DNA of 64,000 nucleotides, taken from assembly GCF_050920415.1 (NCBI RefSeq), contig NZ_CP169309.1, one strand, 5' to 3'. This document shows, piece after piece, positions 27,664-46,462 of the stretch. Within the stretch, counting starts at the first letter, position 1; each line of letters opens with the position of its first letter. The notes beneath the pieces are model-generated. The model did not search any database and was not told the DNA's origin. It saw nothing but the letters and a program-made list of their open reading frames with translations. A program made the position numbers and the translations under genes. Source of the stretch: Escherichia coli. Lineage in GTDB: Bacteria; Pseudomonadota; Gammaproteobacteria; Enterobacterales; Enterobacteriaceae.

Positions 27664-28581
27664 ATGAACTTCAGACGCCTGAAATACTTCGTAAAAATTG
27701 TAGATATTGGTAGCCTGACCCAGGCTGCTGAAGTGTTGCATATCGCGCAACCCGCGCTCAGCCAGCAGGTTGCCACGCTGGAAGGTGAGTTGAATCAACA
27801 ACTTTTGATTCGCACAAAACGGGGCGTTACGCCAACAGACGCCGGAAAAATTCTCTATACCCATGCGCGGGCCATTTTACGTCAGTGTGAGCAGGCCCAA
27901 CTGGCGGTGCATAACGTTGGTCAGGCATTATCGGGGCAAGTCTCGATTGGCTTTGCACCAGGAACAGCGGCCTCATCTATCACCATGCCTTTATTGCAGG
28001 CGGTTCGCGCTGAATTCCCGGAAATTGTTATTTATCTCCATGAAAATAGCGGTGCTGTGCTCAACGAAAAACTGATAAGCCACCAACTCGATATGGCAGT
28101 AATTTATGAGCATTCTCCTGTGGCTGGTGTTTCCAGTCAGGCTTTGCTGAAAGAAGATCTTTTCCTGGTAGGAACGCAAGATTGCCCGGGGCAAAGCGTT
28201 GATGTTAATGCTATTGCGCAAATGAACCTCTTTCTCCCCAGCGATTACAGTGCCGTTAGACTTCGTGTTGATGAGGCTTTTTCCCTACGGCGACTCACGG
28301 CAAAAGTCATTGGTGAAATTGAGTCTATTGCCACGCTTACCGCAGCAATTGCCAGCGGCATGGGCGTTGCAGTATTACCCGAATCGGCCGCGCGTTCGTT
28401 ATGTGGCGCAGTAAACGGATGGATGTCACGCATTACCACACCTTCAATGAGTCTCTCTTTGTCATTAAATTTACCCGCCAGAGCGAACTTATCACCACAG
28501 GCGCAAGCAGTGAAAGAGTTGTTAATGTCAGTGATGAGTTCTCCAGTGATGGAAAAAAGGCAGTGGCAATTGGTGAGCTAA
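27664..28581 (+). CDS. nac: Nitrogen assimilation control protein (LysR family)
   Basis: 305 aa, MNFRRLKYFVKIVDIGSLTQAAEVLHIAQPALSQQ. Confidence 0.93.
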   Translation: MNFRRLKYFVKIVDIGSLTQAAEVLHIAQPALSQQVATLEGELNQQLLIRTKRGVTPTDAGKILYTHARAILRQCEQAQLAVHNVGQALSGQVSIGFAPGTAASSITMPLLQAVRAEFPEIVIYLHENSGAVLNEKLISHQLDMAVIYEHSPVAGVSSQALLKEDLFLVGTQDCPGQSVDVNAIAQMNLFLPSDYSAVRLRVDEAFSLRRLTAKVIGEIESIATLTAAIASGMGVAVLPESAARSLCGAVNGWMSRITTPSMSLSLSLNLPARANLSPQAQAVKELLMSVMSSPVMEKRQWQLVS

Positions 28582-28682
28582 GCGTTATATCGGGATGGAA
28601 TAAGATGCGGGTTTTTATTATTTGTTATGCCGGGCATTAAACTTTAACAATAACGTGATATCTGAACTGCCCGGAGTTTACC

Positions 28683-29633
28683 GTGAATTTCCAACAACTA
28701 AAGATAATCCGCGAGGCTGCACGTCAGGATTACAACCTGACAGAGGTTGCGAATATGCTTTTTACCTCACAGTCAGGCGTCAGCCGTCACATTCGGGAAC
28801 TGGAGGATGAACTTGGCATCGAAATATTTGTTCGACGAGGTAAGCGACTGCTGGGCATGACTGAACCGGGCAAAGCATTACTGGTCATTGCAGAACGTAT
28901 TCTGAATGAAGCCAGTAATGTTCGTCGGCTTGCAGACCTGTTTACCAACGATACGTCTGGCGTTCTCACTATTGCAACGACGCATACTCAGGCACGTTAT
29001 AGCTTGCCTGAGGTCATTAAAGCTTTTCGCGAACTTTTCCCGGAGGTTCGGCTGGAGCTAATCCAGGGTACACCACAGGAAATTGCGACGTTGTTGCAAA
29101 ATGGCGAAGCTGATATTGGTATCGCCAGCGAGCGTTTAAGTAATGACCCGCAGCTCGTCGCCTTCCCGTGGTTTCGTTGGCACCATAGTTTGCTTGTTCC
29201 ACTCGATCATCCCTTGACGCAAATTATACCGTTGACGCTGGAATCAATAGCGAAGTGGCCGTTAATCACTTACCGACAGGGGATTACGGGGCGCTCACGT
29301 ATTGATGACGCATTTGTCCGCAAAGGTTTGCTGGCAGATATTGTATTAAGTGCGCAGGATTCTGATGTCATTAAAACCTATGTTGCACTCGGGCTGGGGA
29401 TTGGATTAGTTGCCGAACAATCCAGCGGTGAACAAGAGGAAAAGAATTTAATCCGTCTGGATACGCGGCATCTTTTCGATGCTAATACTGTCTGGTTGGG
29501 ACTCAAGCGAGGACAACTTCAGCGTAACTATGTCTGGCGCTTTCTGGAACTTTGTAATGCAGGACTGTCAGTTGAGGATATCAAGCGCCAGGTGATGGAG
29601 AACAGTGAAGAGGAAATTGATTATCAGATATAG
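28683..29633 (+). CDS. cbl: CysB-like LysR-family regulator of sulfonate utilisation
   Basis: 316 aa, MNFQQLKIIREAARQDYNLTEVANMLFTSQSGVSRHIRELE. Confidence 0.93.
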   Translation: MNFQQLKIIREAARQDYNLTEVANMLFTSQSGVSRHIRELEDELGIEIFVRRGKRLLGMTEPGKALLVIAERILNEASNVRRLADLFTNDTSGVLTIATTHTQARYSLPEVIKAFRELFPEVRLELIQGTPQEIATLLQNGEADIGIASERLSNDPQLVAFPWFRWHHSLLVPLDHPLTQIIPLTLESIAKWPLITYRQGITGRSRIDDAFVRKGLLADIVLSAQDSDVIKTYVALGLGIGLVAEQSSGEQEEKNLIRLDTRHLFDANTVWLGLKRGQLQRNYVWRFLELCNAGLSVEDIKRQVMENSEEEIDYQI

Positions 29634-29634
29634 C

Positions 29635-29663
29635 AAAAAGCCCGCTATAAAAGCGGGCTTTTC
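29635..29663. terminator. Hairpin terminator between cbl and asnU
   Basis: aaaaagcccgctataaaagcgggctttt. Confidence 0.75.
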
Positions 29664-29670
29664 AGAAATT

Positions 29671-29746
29671 TGGCTCCTCTGACTGGACTCGAACCAGTGA
29701 CATACGGATTAACAGTCCGCCGTTCTACCGACTGAACTACAGAGGA
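29671..29746 (-). tRNA. asnU: tRNA-Asn (GUU)
   Basis: 76 nt, identical tRNA-Asn sequence on minus strand. Confidence 0.95.
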
Positions 29747-29906
29747 ATCGCTGTTGAGGCACATCTTAACGGCGAAAAATCTTTTGTCAAACCCGATTTT
29801 TAAATTTCCCAACTGTTTGCCGTTTCTATCAACAGTTTGTTGCATTTGCAGACAATTTGTTGGCGAAAATCTTTGCAGCTTTGCTGATTCTCCCTCATCA
29901 TTTGAA

Positions 29907-31394
29907 ATGTGGTTTCACTTTTTGCAATTAAGGTCGGCTTTGAATATCTCCTCTGCTTTACGCCAGGTTGTTCACGGCACTCGCTGGCACGCCAAACGCA
30001 AGAGCTACAAGGTGTTGTTCTGGCGCGAGATAACCCCGCTTGCTGTTCCTATCTTCATGGAGAATGCCTGTGTCCTGTTGATGGGTGTTTTGAGTACTTT
30101 TCTGGTCAGCTGGCTGGGAAAAGATGCGATGGCCGGCGTGGGATTGGCGGACAGCTTCAATATGGTCATTATGGCTTTTTTTGCAGCTATCGATCTTGGT
30201 ACTACTGTCGTTGTGGCATTTAGTCTCGGTAAGCGGGATCGACGACGAGCGAGGGTGGCGACGCGGCAGTCATTGGTGATCATGACGTTGTTTGCCGTAC
30301 TGTTGGCAACGCTTATTCATCATTTTGGCGAACAAATTATTGATTTCGTCGCAGGTGATGCCACGACAGAAGTTAAAGCACTGGCGTTGACTTATCTGGA
30401 GCTGACGGTACTCAGTTATCCAGCAGCTGCCATCACTTTGATTGGTAGCGGGGCACTTCGTGGTGCAGGGAATACGAAAATACCGCTACTGATTAACGGT
30501 AGCCTGAATATTCTTAATATTATTATTAGCGGCATATTGATTTACGGCCTTTTCTCCTGGCCGGGACTGGGATTTATCGGGGCTGGGTTGGGGTTAACCA
30601 TTTCTCGTTATATTGGCGCAGTGGCAATTTTGTGGGTGCTGGCGATTGGTTTTAATCCTGCGCTAAGGATTTCGTTAAAGAGCTATTTTAAACCGCTGAA
30701 TTTTAGCATTATCTGGGAAGTCATGGGGATTGGCATTCCTGCGAGTGTCGAATCAGTATTATTTACCAGTGGTCGGTTATTAACCCAAATGTTCGTTGCC
30801 GGGATGGGGACCAGTGTTATTGCCGGGAATTTTATCGCGTTTTCAATTGCGGCTCTTATCAACTTACCCGGAAGTGCGCTCGGCTCTGCTTCTACAATCA
30901 TTACAGGCCGAAGGTTGGGGGTAGGGCAGATAGCGCAAGCAGAGATTCAGTTGCGGCATGTGTTCTGGCTGTCCACTCTTGGATTAACGGCCATCGCCTG
31001 GCTAACGGCTCCCTTTGCTGGGGTTATGGCATCGTTTTACACCCAGGATCCACAGGTTAAACATGTCGTTGTGATTCTGATTTGGCTAAATGCTTTATTT
31101 ATGCCTATTTGGTCTGCCTCATGGGTGCTACCCGCTGGATTTAAGGGGGCTCGCGATGCCCGTTACGCCATGTGGGTTTCTATGTTGAGCATGTGGGGTT
31201 GCCGGGTTGTAGTCGGTTATGTGCTGGGAATCATGCTTGGCTGGGGTGTGGTTGGTGTCTGGATGGGAATGTTTGCCGACTGGGCTGTGCGGGCCGTGCT
31301 GTTTTACTGGCGCATGGTTACTGGACGTTGGCTGTGGAAATACCCTAGACCTGAGCCGCAAAAGTGTGAAAAAAAGCCAGTTGTGTCGGAATAA
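29907..31394 (+). CDS. yeeO: MATE-family multidrug/flavin efflux transporter
   Basis: ORF 29754..31394 (546 aa); start placed at internal Met MWFHFLQ (495 aa); 12-TM MATE-like; start uncertain. Confidence 0.8.
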   Translation: MWFHFLQLRSALNISSALRQVVHGTRWHAKRKSYKVLFWREITPLAVPIFMENACVLLMGVLSTFLVSWLGKDAMAGVGLADSFNMVIMAFFAAIDLGTTVVVAFSLGKRDRRRARVATRQSLVIMTLFAVLLATLIHHFGEQIIDFVAGDATTEVKALALTYLELTVLSYPAAAITLIGSGALRGAGNTKIPLLINGSLNILNIIISGILIYGLFSWPGLGFIGAGLGLTISRYIGAVAILWVLAIGFNPALRISLKSYFKPLNFSIIWEVMGIGIPASVESVLFTSGRLLTQMFVAGMGTSVIAGNFIAFSIAALINLPGSALGSASTIITGRRLGVGQIAQAEIQLRHVFWLSTLGLTAIAWLTAPFAGVMASFYTQDPQVKHVVVILIWLNALFMPIWSASWVLPAGFKGARDARYAMWVSMLSMWGCRVVVGYVLGIMLGWGVVGVWMGMFADWAVRAVLFYWRMVTGRWLWKYPRPEPQKCEKKPVVSE

Positions 31395-31494
31395 ACGACA
31401 AAGTGCAGATTATTTCAGCAAACGATTTCAAATTTAAAAAACAGGCTTTGACATTAAGGATGGGCATCGCTAATATTCGCCTCGTTCTCACGAT

Positions 31495-31570
31495 TCCTCT
31501 GTAGTTCAGTCGGTAGAACGGCGGACTGTTAATCCGTATGTCACTGGTTCGAGTCCAGTCAGAGGAGCCA
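31495..31570 (+). tRNA. asnW: tRNA-Asn (GUU)
   Basis: TCCTCTGTAGTTCAGTCGGTAGAACGGCGGACTGTTAATCCGTATGTCACTGGTTCGAGTCCAGTCAGAGGAGCCA. Confidence 0.95.
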
Positions 31571-31577
31571 AATTTTA

Positions 31578-31607
31578 GTTTTGAGACATCTCTATAAGTC
31601 TCAAAAC
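31578..31607 (+). terminator. Hairpin terminator after asnW
   Basis: gttttgagacatctctataagtctcaaaac. Confidence 0.7.
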
Positions 31608-32023
31608 AGTTAAAAAATAAAAATTATTTTTACCCGGTTACTTTGTAAAAAAGTGACCGGGTTTTTTGATTTCTGTGTTTCGTGCGCTTAATCGAGTCTC
31701 ACGCTTCAGTGAGCAAATTGCCCCTCCCCAACAGACATCACGATTCGCAAGGTCAAAAACTCTGTTCCATGAAGTACCGTACAAAGATAAAGAGAAAAAT
31801 GCCTTATGCGGGATGTCGCTATCGCGTCTTTATCGGGAAACTATGCGTAATTGCCACTTTGCCTTCTGTAATCAGAAAAAGAAGAACTGGAATTTTAATA
31901 AATATTATTTCTCTGGGACCGGTATTTTTATAATCAATATGACGAGTTGAATATTATGTTTATTATAAGATTTATATGAAATTAAAGAAATCTGCCATAA
32001 AGACAGATTTCTTTAAAATATAA

Positions 32024-32740
32024 TTAGAGATTTGCGACGTTATGATAAACTTTTTGAACATCGTCGTCATCTTCAAGGGCATCAACAAGCCCTTCAAAGA
32101 TTTCTAAATCTTCTGGGGAAAGCTCAACTTCAGATTGAGCAATCATTTCTAATTCTGTTGTTGAGAACTCAGTGATTCCAGCTGCTTTTAGAGCCGCGAT
32201 TCCTTTATGAAGGTCAGTTGGTTCAGTATAAATAACAATGTTACCTTCTTCTTCGGTCACATCGCGAACATCAACTTCAGCTTCAAGCAAAATTTCAAAA
32301 ATATGGTCCGGGTCTGTCCCTTTAAATACAATCACACCCGTATTGTCAAACATATAGCTGACAGAACCTGCCGCTCCGATATTGCCACCTTTTTTATTGA
32401 AAATTGTGCGAACGTTAGCAATTGTACGGTTAACATTGGAAGTCAATGTCTCGGCGATAATCATTGAGCCATTTGGACCAAAGCCTTCATAACGTCCCTG
32501 CACGAACGTTTCATCTCCGCCGCCTTTGGCTTTATCAATTGCTTTATCAATAACGTGCTTTGGAACTTGTGCCTGCTTCGCACGTTCAATAACGAATTTT
32601 AAAGATGTGTTTAATTCTGGATCGGGTTCACCTTGTTTGGCAGCAGCATAGATTTCTACACCGAATTTTGCATAAATTTTAGACGTTGCACCGTCTTTAG
32701 CCGTTTTTTTAGCAACAATATTGGCCCATTTACGTCCCAC
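32024..32740 (-). CDS. yeeN: YebC/PmpR-family probable transcriptional regulator
   Basis: 238 aa, [27 protein letters not shown]. Confidence 0.9.
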
Positions 32741-33081
32741 TGGAATGATCTCCTCGAAAATTTATTTACATTACTGGTAAATCGTTAACATGCGTTAATT
32801 CGACATATTATATCATAACAGGAAAAATCTCGTCTATTAGAAATAAAAATATTCTAAATCCATAATCTTATATTTAATCTCATAAAAACTAATGTTGTTG
32901 GCGGATTTTTTTATAATTGTGTTTTGAAAGCATACTTGCTTTTAATATATGGAAATCATTAAGGCTATAATAAAACTTGTATCCGCCCCAGGAAGCAAAC
33001 AGCCTGCTTTATTGCAGGCTATTTGCTGGATGACTTACTAAATCCTTCACATCTATTCCTGATAAAAAGGAACAGAACTTA

Positions 33082-34536
33082 TTACCGGAACGGCGGTTCA
33101 TTAAAGGTTCGTAATTTACGTGAATGCAGTCGGTCGCCTTCTGCGCGCAGCAAATCGATCGCACGAATGCCAATTTGCAGGTGTTCGGAAATAGCGCCTT
33201 CATAAAAACGGTTAGCCTGACCGGGAAGTTTAATCTCACCATGCAACGGTTTATCTGAAACACACAGTAGTGTCCCGTATGGCACGCGGAAACGATATCC
33301 TTGCGCGGCAATAGTTGCACTTTCCATATCAATTGCTACGGCCCGGCTTAAGTTAAAACGAAGTGCAGAAGCTGAGTAACGTAATTCCCAGTTCCTGTCA
33401 TCTGTGGTTACCACAGTGCCAGTACGTAGCCGCTGTTTAACTTCCTCTCCGGGCCTGCCGCTGACTAACTTGGTAGCGTCATAAAGCGCACGTTGCACTT
33501 CAGCAATGCTCGGAATAGGAATATCGGGCGGCAGTACCGCATCAAGAACGTGGTCATCGCGTAAATAAGCGTGTGCAAGTACATAATCTCCAATGGCCTG
33601 GCTTTCACGTAAGCCACCACAGTGACCAATCATCAACCAGACATCCGGGCGCAGCACCGCCAGATGATCGCAGATGGTTTTAGCATTTGACGGTCCCACG
33701 CCAATATTCACCAGAGTAATACCCTGACCATCGGCGGTAATTAAATGCCATGCTGGCATCTGGTGTTTTTTCCATGCAAGGTCGGAAATGGCTTCTTCTG
33801 GCGCTTCGGTTTCGGCGGTGATCCAGTTCCCGCCAGCACAAGAAAGGGCAATGTAGGGACTATCAGGGTCGAGGATCTGGCTGCATCCCCAACGAACGAA
33901 TTCATCCACATAACGTGTGTAGTTGGTAAACAAGACGAACGGCTGAAAATGTTCAACTGGCGTACCGGTATAATGGCGCAACCGCGCGAGGGAGAAATCG
34001 ACGCGGCGCGCATCAAAATGCGATAGCGGGGAGAATTCAGTTGGATGATAAATGCCGTCTGCAGTTTCATCGCCAATTTGCGCCAGTTCTGTTGTCGGGA
34101 AGTAGCGAGTTAACCCAGCGCTCATTGAGCGATCAAGTGTCAATTCAGAGCCATCGATGACATAAGGATAAGGGATTTCATGCTGCGAGGGTTGCACCGA
34201 GATATGCGCACCATAATCCTGATACAGCAACGTAAGTTGTTCATTCAGATACGAACGAAAGAGAGTAGGGCGAGTAATCGTGGTGGTGTAGCTGCCTGCG
34301 TGAGTAAAACGACCAAATGCGCGCGTTTTGGGGGGATTTGTTGTGCTACCGTCCCAGGTTACGGTCAGTGATGGATAGACAAAAAGACCTTCTTTACGGG
34401 CATTTTCATCAGGTAATTCGCCACTTTTAATATAGTTGCCAATGGCATTGCGTAAAGCGACTACAGATTGCTCATACAGCGCGTCGAGTTTTTCCAGTGC
34501 CTGAGCTGGGGTCAGACCGGAGCCCTTATTATTCAT
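33082..34536 (-). CDS. amn: AMP nucleosidase
   Basis: ORF 33082..34692; start at MNNKGSGLTPAQALEKLDALYEQS, 484 aa. Confidence 0.93.
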   Translation of the reverse strand: MNNKGSGLTPAQALEKLDALYEQSVVALRNAIGNYIKSGELPDENARKEGLFVYPSLTVTWDGSTTNPPKTRAFGRFTHAGSYTTTITRPTLFRSYLNEQLTLLYQDYGAHISVQPSQHEIPYPYVIDGSELTLDRSMSAGLTRYFPTTELAQIGDETADGIYHPTEFSPLSHFDARRVDFSLARLRHYTGTPVEHFQPFVLFTNYTRYVDEFVRWGCSQILDPDSPYIALSCAGGNWITAETEAPEEAISDLAWKKHQMPAWHLITADGQGITLVNIGVGPSNAKTICDHLAVLRPDVWLMIGHCGGLRESQAIGDYVLAHAYLRDDHVLDAVLPPDIPIPSIAEVQRALYDATKLVSGRPGEEVKQRLRTGTVVTTDDRNWELRYSASALRFNLSRAVAIDMESATIAAQGYRFRVPYGTLLCVSDKPLHGEIKLPGQANRFYEGAISEHLQIGIRAIDLLRAEGDRLHSRKLRTFNEPPFR

Positions 34537-34637
34537 GTGTGTCTCCTGTTCCATACAATTACCGCACTTCCGATAGTATGTCACAGGAATGTGAAACAAA
34601 AGTGTAAGGCGAAGATCGGATGATCTTCGCCTGACTA

Positions 34638-35954
34638 TCAAGCGTGTTGATTGTCTTTCATCAACAAAGCGGTCATTGCGGAAATCAGGCATCCAGCCAG
34701 TAAATAAATGGCGACGCTATGCCAGTTCCCGGCAAAGTAAGTGATAAGTGCAGCGGCAATGAAAGGTGTAAATCCACCGCCAACCACACTGGCAACCTGA
34801 TATCCGACTCCAGCGCCACTATAGCGATAACTGGCACCAAACATTTCGGTAAACATCGGTTGTTGCACGCACACCACCATGTCATGCGCAATGTTTGCCA
34901 GCATTATGGAGAAGAAAACTATCCAGAAAATAGATTGTGCTTCAAGCGCCATAAAGAAAGGAAATGCGCTCAACGTTCCGATTAACGCACCTGTGATATA
35001 AACTCTGCGGCGACCAAAACGATCGGCAAGCCAGGCAAAACAGGGAATTGTCAGACAGCTTAGTCCACCTACCAGCAAACCGATATTAAGGAAAAGTTCG
35101 CGCGGTAACCCCATATTTTGGGTTGAATAGTTAAGCGCAAAGGCGGTAACGATGTACATCGTCAGCAACTCGCACAGTCGTAGCGCAATAATCTTCAGAA
35201 AAGCACCGGGATGTCGTAACAGTGCTTCGATAACCGGGATGCGTTTTTGCGCTGCCGCTTGATTATGTTGCTGTTGTTCAAATTCCGCGGACTCCTCCAT
35301 GCCATTACGCACCCACAATGCTCCCAGCACCAGTACGATGCTAAACAGGAAAGGAATACGCCAGCCCCAGCTTAGAAACTGTTCGTCAGTCGTCATCATA
35401 CTGATCAGTGAAACCAGTCCGGTCGAAAGCAGTAAACCTACTCCGTAGCCAACTTGTACACCGCTACTGTAAAAGGCTTTTTTATTTTTCGGTGCACTTT
35501 CAACGGAAAGTAACGCCGCGCCTCCCCATTCGCCGCCGACGGCAAATCCCTGAATGGCACGCAGTGTCACCAGTAAAATGGGGGCCCACCAACCTATGGT
35601 CGAGAAGGAAGGAAGAATGCCAATCAAGGCTGTCGCGATGCCCATCATCCAGACGGTCAGCATTAACATGCGCTTACGTCCCAGTCGGTCGCCAAAGTGA
35701 CCGAAAATGACACCGCCGAGCGGACGGAACAGGAATCCGACACCAAAGGTGGCAAATGCGGCGAGCGTTCCCATAGCCGGGCTTACTTGCGGGAAAAACT
35801 CGCGATTAAACACCAGTGCGGCGGTAATGCCATAGAGTAAAAAATCATACCAGTCGACGACGGCACCAGCGAAACTGCCTAACGCAGCTCGTCGGGCGCG
35901 ACTTAACGAAAGCGTCCCTTCATCGGGACGAGTGGAGATGAGCGTGGAGTCCAT
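34638..35954 (-). CDS. shiA: Shikimate transporter (MFS)
   Basis: 438 aa, MDSTLISTRPDEGTLSLSRARRAALGSFAG, 12-TM MFS. Confidence 0.93.
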   Translation of the reverse strand: MDSTLISTRPDEGTLSLSRARRAALGSFAGAVVDWYDFLLYGITAALVFNREFFPQVSPAMGTLAAFATFGVGFLFRPLGGVIFGHFGDRLGRKRMLMLTVWMMGIATALIGILPSFSTIGWWAPILLVTLRAIQGFAVGGEWGGAALLSVESAPKNKKAFYSSGVQVGYGVGLLLSTGLVSLISMMTTDEQFLSWGWRIPFLFSIVLVLGALWVRNGMEESAEFEQQQHNQAAAQKRIPVIEALLRHPGAFLKIIALRLCELLTMYIVTAFALNYSTQNMGLPRELFLNIGLLVGGLSCLTIPCFAWLADRFGRRRVYITGALIGTLSAFPFFMALEAQSIFWIVFFSIMLANIAHDMVVCVQQPMFTEMFGASYRYSGAGVGYQVASVVGGGFTPFIAAALITYFAGNWHSVAIYLLAGCLISAMTALLMKDNQHA

Positions 35955-36259
35955 AATGATCCTGTTTGTACTGTCTTTTTATAATTAGTATGGAAAAGGT
36001 AACTCACATTGCCGTCGATCTATAAACGAACCTTATGAGACTACCTCGACAGAGCGCATCTGCAAATGATTTTATGGCTGATTAACGGCAACATGAAAAA
36101 TTCGATGGAAGATGAAATCGCAGGAGTTGCATAAGGATTGAGCAGAGCACCTACAGTTTTGAGATATGAAACATAAAAGTCCGCATATGCACAAAATTGC
36201 ACCCTGATGATTCTGATAGACTGCATTGCATTTTAACCAGTAGGGAGGCGAGGTTAGGT

Positions 36260-37330
36260 ATGTTTTTAGCATCATTGTTGAGACGTATTGCATTTAGTTA
36301 CTACGATTATAAAGCTAATAATTTCAATATTGAAAAAACAGAGTTTGTTGTCATCCATATTCCCGATCAGATTGGCGATGCTATGGCTATCTTTCCAGTG
36401 ATTCGGGCGCTTGAATTGCATAAAATCAAGCATCTTTTAATTGTTACTTCGACAATTAATTTAGAAGTCTTTAATGCGCTCAAACTTGAACATACTAAAT
36501 TAACATTAGTCACAATGACTATGCAGGATCACGCAACATTAAAAGAAATAAAAGATTTAGCGAAGAACATAACACAGCGATACGGTACGCCGGATCTTTG
36601 TATAGAGGCGATGCGTAAAAAGAACCTGAAAACGATGTTATTTATCAGTCAGTTGAAAGCAAAAACGAATTTTCAGGTTGTCGGTTTAACCATGAAGTGC
36701 TATTCCCCTTTGTGTAAGAACGCCTCCCGGATGGATCAACATCTCCGGGCTCCCGTACCCATGACATGGGCGTTTATGATGCGTGAAGCGGGTTTTCCTG
36801 CAGTCAGGCCAATATATGAATTACCATTAAGCGAGCAGGTAATAAATGAAGTACGTGAGGAATTGTGCACTTTAGGATCTTACATTGCGCTTAATTTAGA
36901 TGGCAGCGTGCAGGAACGCACATTTTCGTTATCAGTAGCTGAGAAACTCATCGCCAAAATTCAAAGTGATAATGATATGCCAATAGTCATTGTTCATGGA
37001 CCAAAAGGGGAAGATAAAGCCCGGAAATTAGCGGGTTGTTATAATAATGTCTACCGGCTATCCTTATCACCCTCGATTAAACGTTCAGCAGCAATCATAA
37101 AAGATGCTTATATCGCAATAACCCCTGATACCTCAATATTACATATGGCAAGTGCCTATAATACCCCCGTCGTTGCAATTTATGCTGATTACAAAACGCG
37201 GTGGCCTGCGATGGCAGATATCTCGGAGTCAGTGGTCGTTGGGCAAAAAATTGATCATATAAGTTTGGATGAATTCGGAAAGGCGCTAAAAAGTGCTTTG
37301 GAGAGAGTATGTGTCAGTACTTACGTATAG
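36260..37330 (+). CDS. yeeL: Glycosyltransferase family 9 (heptosyltransferase-like) protein, apparently intact
   Basis: ORF 36197..37330; start at MFLASLL with GGAGG RBS; C-terminal ...ITPDTSILHMASAYNTPVVAIYADY... typical of GT9. Confidence 0.7.
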   Translation: MFLASLLRRIAFSYYDYKANNFNIEKTEFVVIHIPDQIGDAMAIFPVIRALELHKIKHLLIVTSTINLEVFNALKLEHTKLTLVTMTMQDHATLKEIKDLAKNITQRYGTPDLCIEAMRKKNLKTMLFISQLKAKTNFQVVGLTMKCYSPLCKNASRMDQHLRAPVPMTWAFMMREAGFPAVRPIYELPLSEQVINEVREELCTLGSYIALNLDGSVQERTFSLSVAEKLIAKIQSDNDMPIVIVHGPKGEDKARKLAGCYNNVYRLSLSPSIKRSAAIIKDAYIAITPDTSILHMASAYNTPVVAIYADYKTRWPAMADISESVVVGQKIDHISLDEFGKALKSALERVCVSTYV

Positions 37331-37706
37331 AGGGTAATGCCGATCTATGCTGAACAGGGGACATTAATACCCTGAGGTTGGTCAATCACCACAAAAAAAG
37401 CCTTTGAATCAAAGCAATACTCACCGAATAATAAGGCAACCTGAACTTAAATCCCCGTTAACTGCCATACATTATTATGACTTGCACTGATGTAATTAGC
37501 TAAACATTATCGTGATTTGACTAAATAGCAAAAATGATAGCTATTAAAAATAGCTCATATACTTTGTTTCCCGCTGCCGTAGAATAGATGGTCCTTCCAT
37601 GTTCAAGCATTTATTCAAAAAAAGGGGGCTCGACTGTCTTCAGATAAACAGAGAGGGATTGTAAAGTCGAGTGCCCCTAATGGAGCACTCTATAAAAAAT
37701 CAACAA

Positions 37707-45695
<7,989 letters not shown>

Positions 45696-46107
45696 GCTTA
45701 CCTTCCCTGAACGAGCTAACATAAATGCGCCCTTTCTAGCACAGCGAAAAAATATAAATCCTGATAGCAATATGATTGAAAATTAATAACTTTTCGTTAA
45801 GCAGTTTTGGGTGTGAGTTGCAAGAGGGGAGACTACTGAATAACTCAGTTTAATAATTGAGGGGGCAATGGTGACGAATATAGGGACGGAGTAGAGAAGA
45901 TAGTGCTGAACTCTTTGCCAGCAGAAGGTTATGTGGCACAAAAATAACCGTAACTTCTCACTCTCGACAGGAAAGCTGTAGACGGCGTCCATAACAAAAC
46001 GCCCCCAACCATAAGGTCGAGGGCGCTTAAGATGACAAACCCGCTCTTCGTTAAAGAATCAATGCTTAATGTAGATGAGTTGCATTGCACGATAAAAGCG
46101 AATTTTT

Positions 46108-46129
46108 AGAATTTGGCTCCTCTGACTGG
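46108..46129. repeat. 21-bp direct repeat of the 3' end of tRNA-Asn (distal att site of the islet)
   Basis: gaatttggctcctctgactgg is identical to 54382..54402 (3' end of asnT plus 5 bp). Confidence 0.85.
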
Positions 46130-46462
46130 GATCGCCGTAGCCATTAACAGGCTGATTGGTAAAGCTAAAAAAATTTGAGTTTGTCAAGACCACCAGAATG
46201 ACCACCATTTTAAAGTAACATTTGAAGTTTACTCAGTAGCACCTTTAGCTTCACTTACAATCAATTAACCTGTGAAGATAGCTGTACCTACAATCGCAAT
46301 AACTTATTACAGATCCGACGACAAACATCACCTGTTATCCACTCTGGCACTACCGTGCATGATAATCAATAAGTCGGGTGCTGGCTTGCAAGGCAATTGC
46401 GTTGTAATGTACCAAATCCCAGTTCGCCTTCACTCTAAAATGCCCCGACGTTTCGAACGCGT

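Noticed and set aside
29645-29845. 66-aa minus-strand ORF overlapping tRNA-Asn asnU
   Set aside because: It overlaps the tRNA and a terminator; artefact of ORF calling.
31611-32023. Small ORFs (31666..31950, 31682..31933) in the AT-rich spacer between asnW and yeeN as possible island cargo
   Set aside because: Short, overlapping, AT-rich and without a credible RBS or family resemblance; there is no att-like repeat of the tRNA 3' end nearby.
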